From assembly GCA_963693365.1 (NCBI GenBank), contig CAVNZM010000011.1, positions 4,596,639-4,660,638 of the forward strand: DNA of 64,000 bases, given 5' to 3'. This document shows, piece by piece, positions 63,659 through 64,000 of the stretch. This DNA is from Amoebidium appalachense (lineage: Eukaryota > Protista > Ichthyosporea). How positions within the stretch are numbered: the first letter of the stretch is position 1; each line of letters begins with the position of its first letter. Both the position numbers and the translations under genes were made by a program. The notes under the pieces were generated by a model. That model saw only the letters and a list, made by a program, of their open reading frames with translations. It had not been told where the DNA came from and made no database searches.

Positions 63659-63720
63659 CTCTTACAGGACGCCGGTAGCTGTGTCGAAGGCAACAGCAAA
63701 CTCGACCGGTTTGTCGCTAT
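56744..63720 (-). CDS. Cytochrome P450, CYP86/CYP704/CYP52-like (probable fatty-acid hydroxylase); 5' part lies beyond the window
   Basis: Exons 63720-63666, an unresolved micro-exon (perhaps ~63119-63101), 62534-62400, 61888-61773, 60818-60773, 60290-60152, 59251-59119, 58202-58105, 57580-57507, 56806-56744. I-helix NFVIAGRDTT, ETLR (ExxR), PERW, heme motif FNGGPRICLG, C-terminal LTLPMAGG. Confidence 0.92.
61350..61825 (-). repeat. Tandem array (four units, ~115-130 bp) of a P450 exon 3' end, donor site and intron start
   Basis: ATCATGAACTTTGTCATTGC(AGGC)AGAGACACAACCGCAAACGCACTCAA|g(t/c)atc recurs with exon-like ends at ~61773, 61658, 61543 and 61415. Confidence 0.9.
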
Positions 63721-64000
63721 CTAGGGTGTCCACACTGGTGATAGGGGTGCATGATAAGCGACCATAGGAGATAATGTGGATGATATAGGGCCAATAGGAG
63801 GATACAATGTGTCATTAGGAGCCAATGGAAACATGGGGGCAGGATTGCAGCAGAGGAAGCATGTGAAGTGAGGGCTCCGGAGGGCTACAGGTCGAGCGAG
63901 GGAGGTGGGGGAGCGTGTGTGTGTATCTATGTGCATGTTGATGCATGGAGCGGGGATGTATGCGTGGGAGGAGAGAGGGAGGGGGAGGGGATTGGGGGAG

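Overview
This is eukaryotic, intron-rich genomic DNA, probably from a unicellular opisthokont (an inference from gene content). It is saturated with G/C homopolymers and CA/GA microsatellites, so most entries in the ORF track are low-complexity artefacts. Splicing by hand gives seven protein genes: two tandem intronless paralogues encoding secreted, Cys-rich, probably GPI-anchored surface proteins (+); a casein kinase I gamma-like kinase (11 core exons, -); an SLC25A42/Leu5-like mitochondrial CoA carrier (8 exons, -); a hypothetical Pro-rich/coiled-coil protein with a GC-AG intron (+); a GATA zinc-finger factor with CX2CX19CX2C spacing (-); and a 5'-truncated CYP86/CYP704/CYP52-like cytochrome P450 (-). 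Several TIR-bounded non-autonomous DNA transposons are present, including a ~2.3 kb hAT-like relic upstream of the second surface-protein paralogue. The most striking unexplained feature is a dispersed ~250-290 bp repeat with at least six copies, mostly intronic. Its ~160-nt 5' domain folds into a covarying multi-stem RNA with a kink-turn/SECIS-like tandem G.A core and a possible pseudoknot. Copies are variably 5'-truncated and share a 3' end abutting a poly(C) run, which suggests an undescribed structured retroposon or ncRNA. Exon coordinates were derived by eye, and homopolymer lengths may be assembly-dependent.
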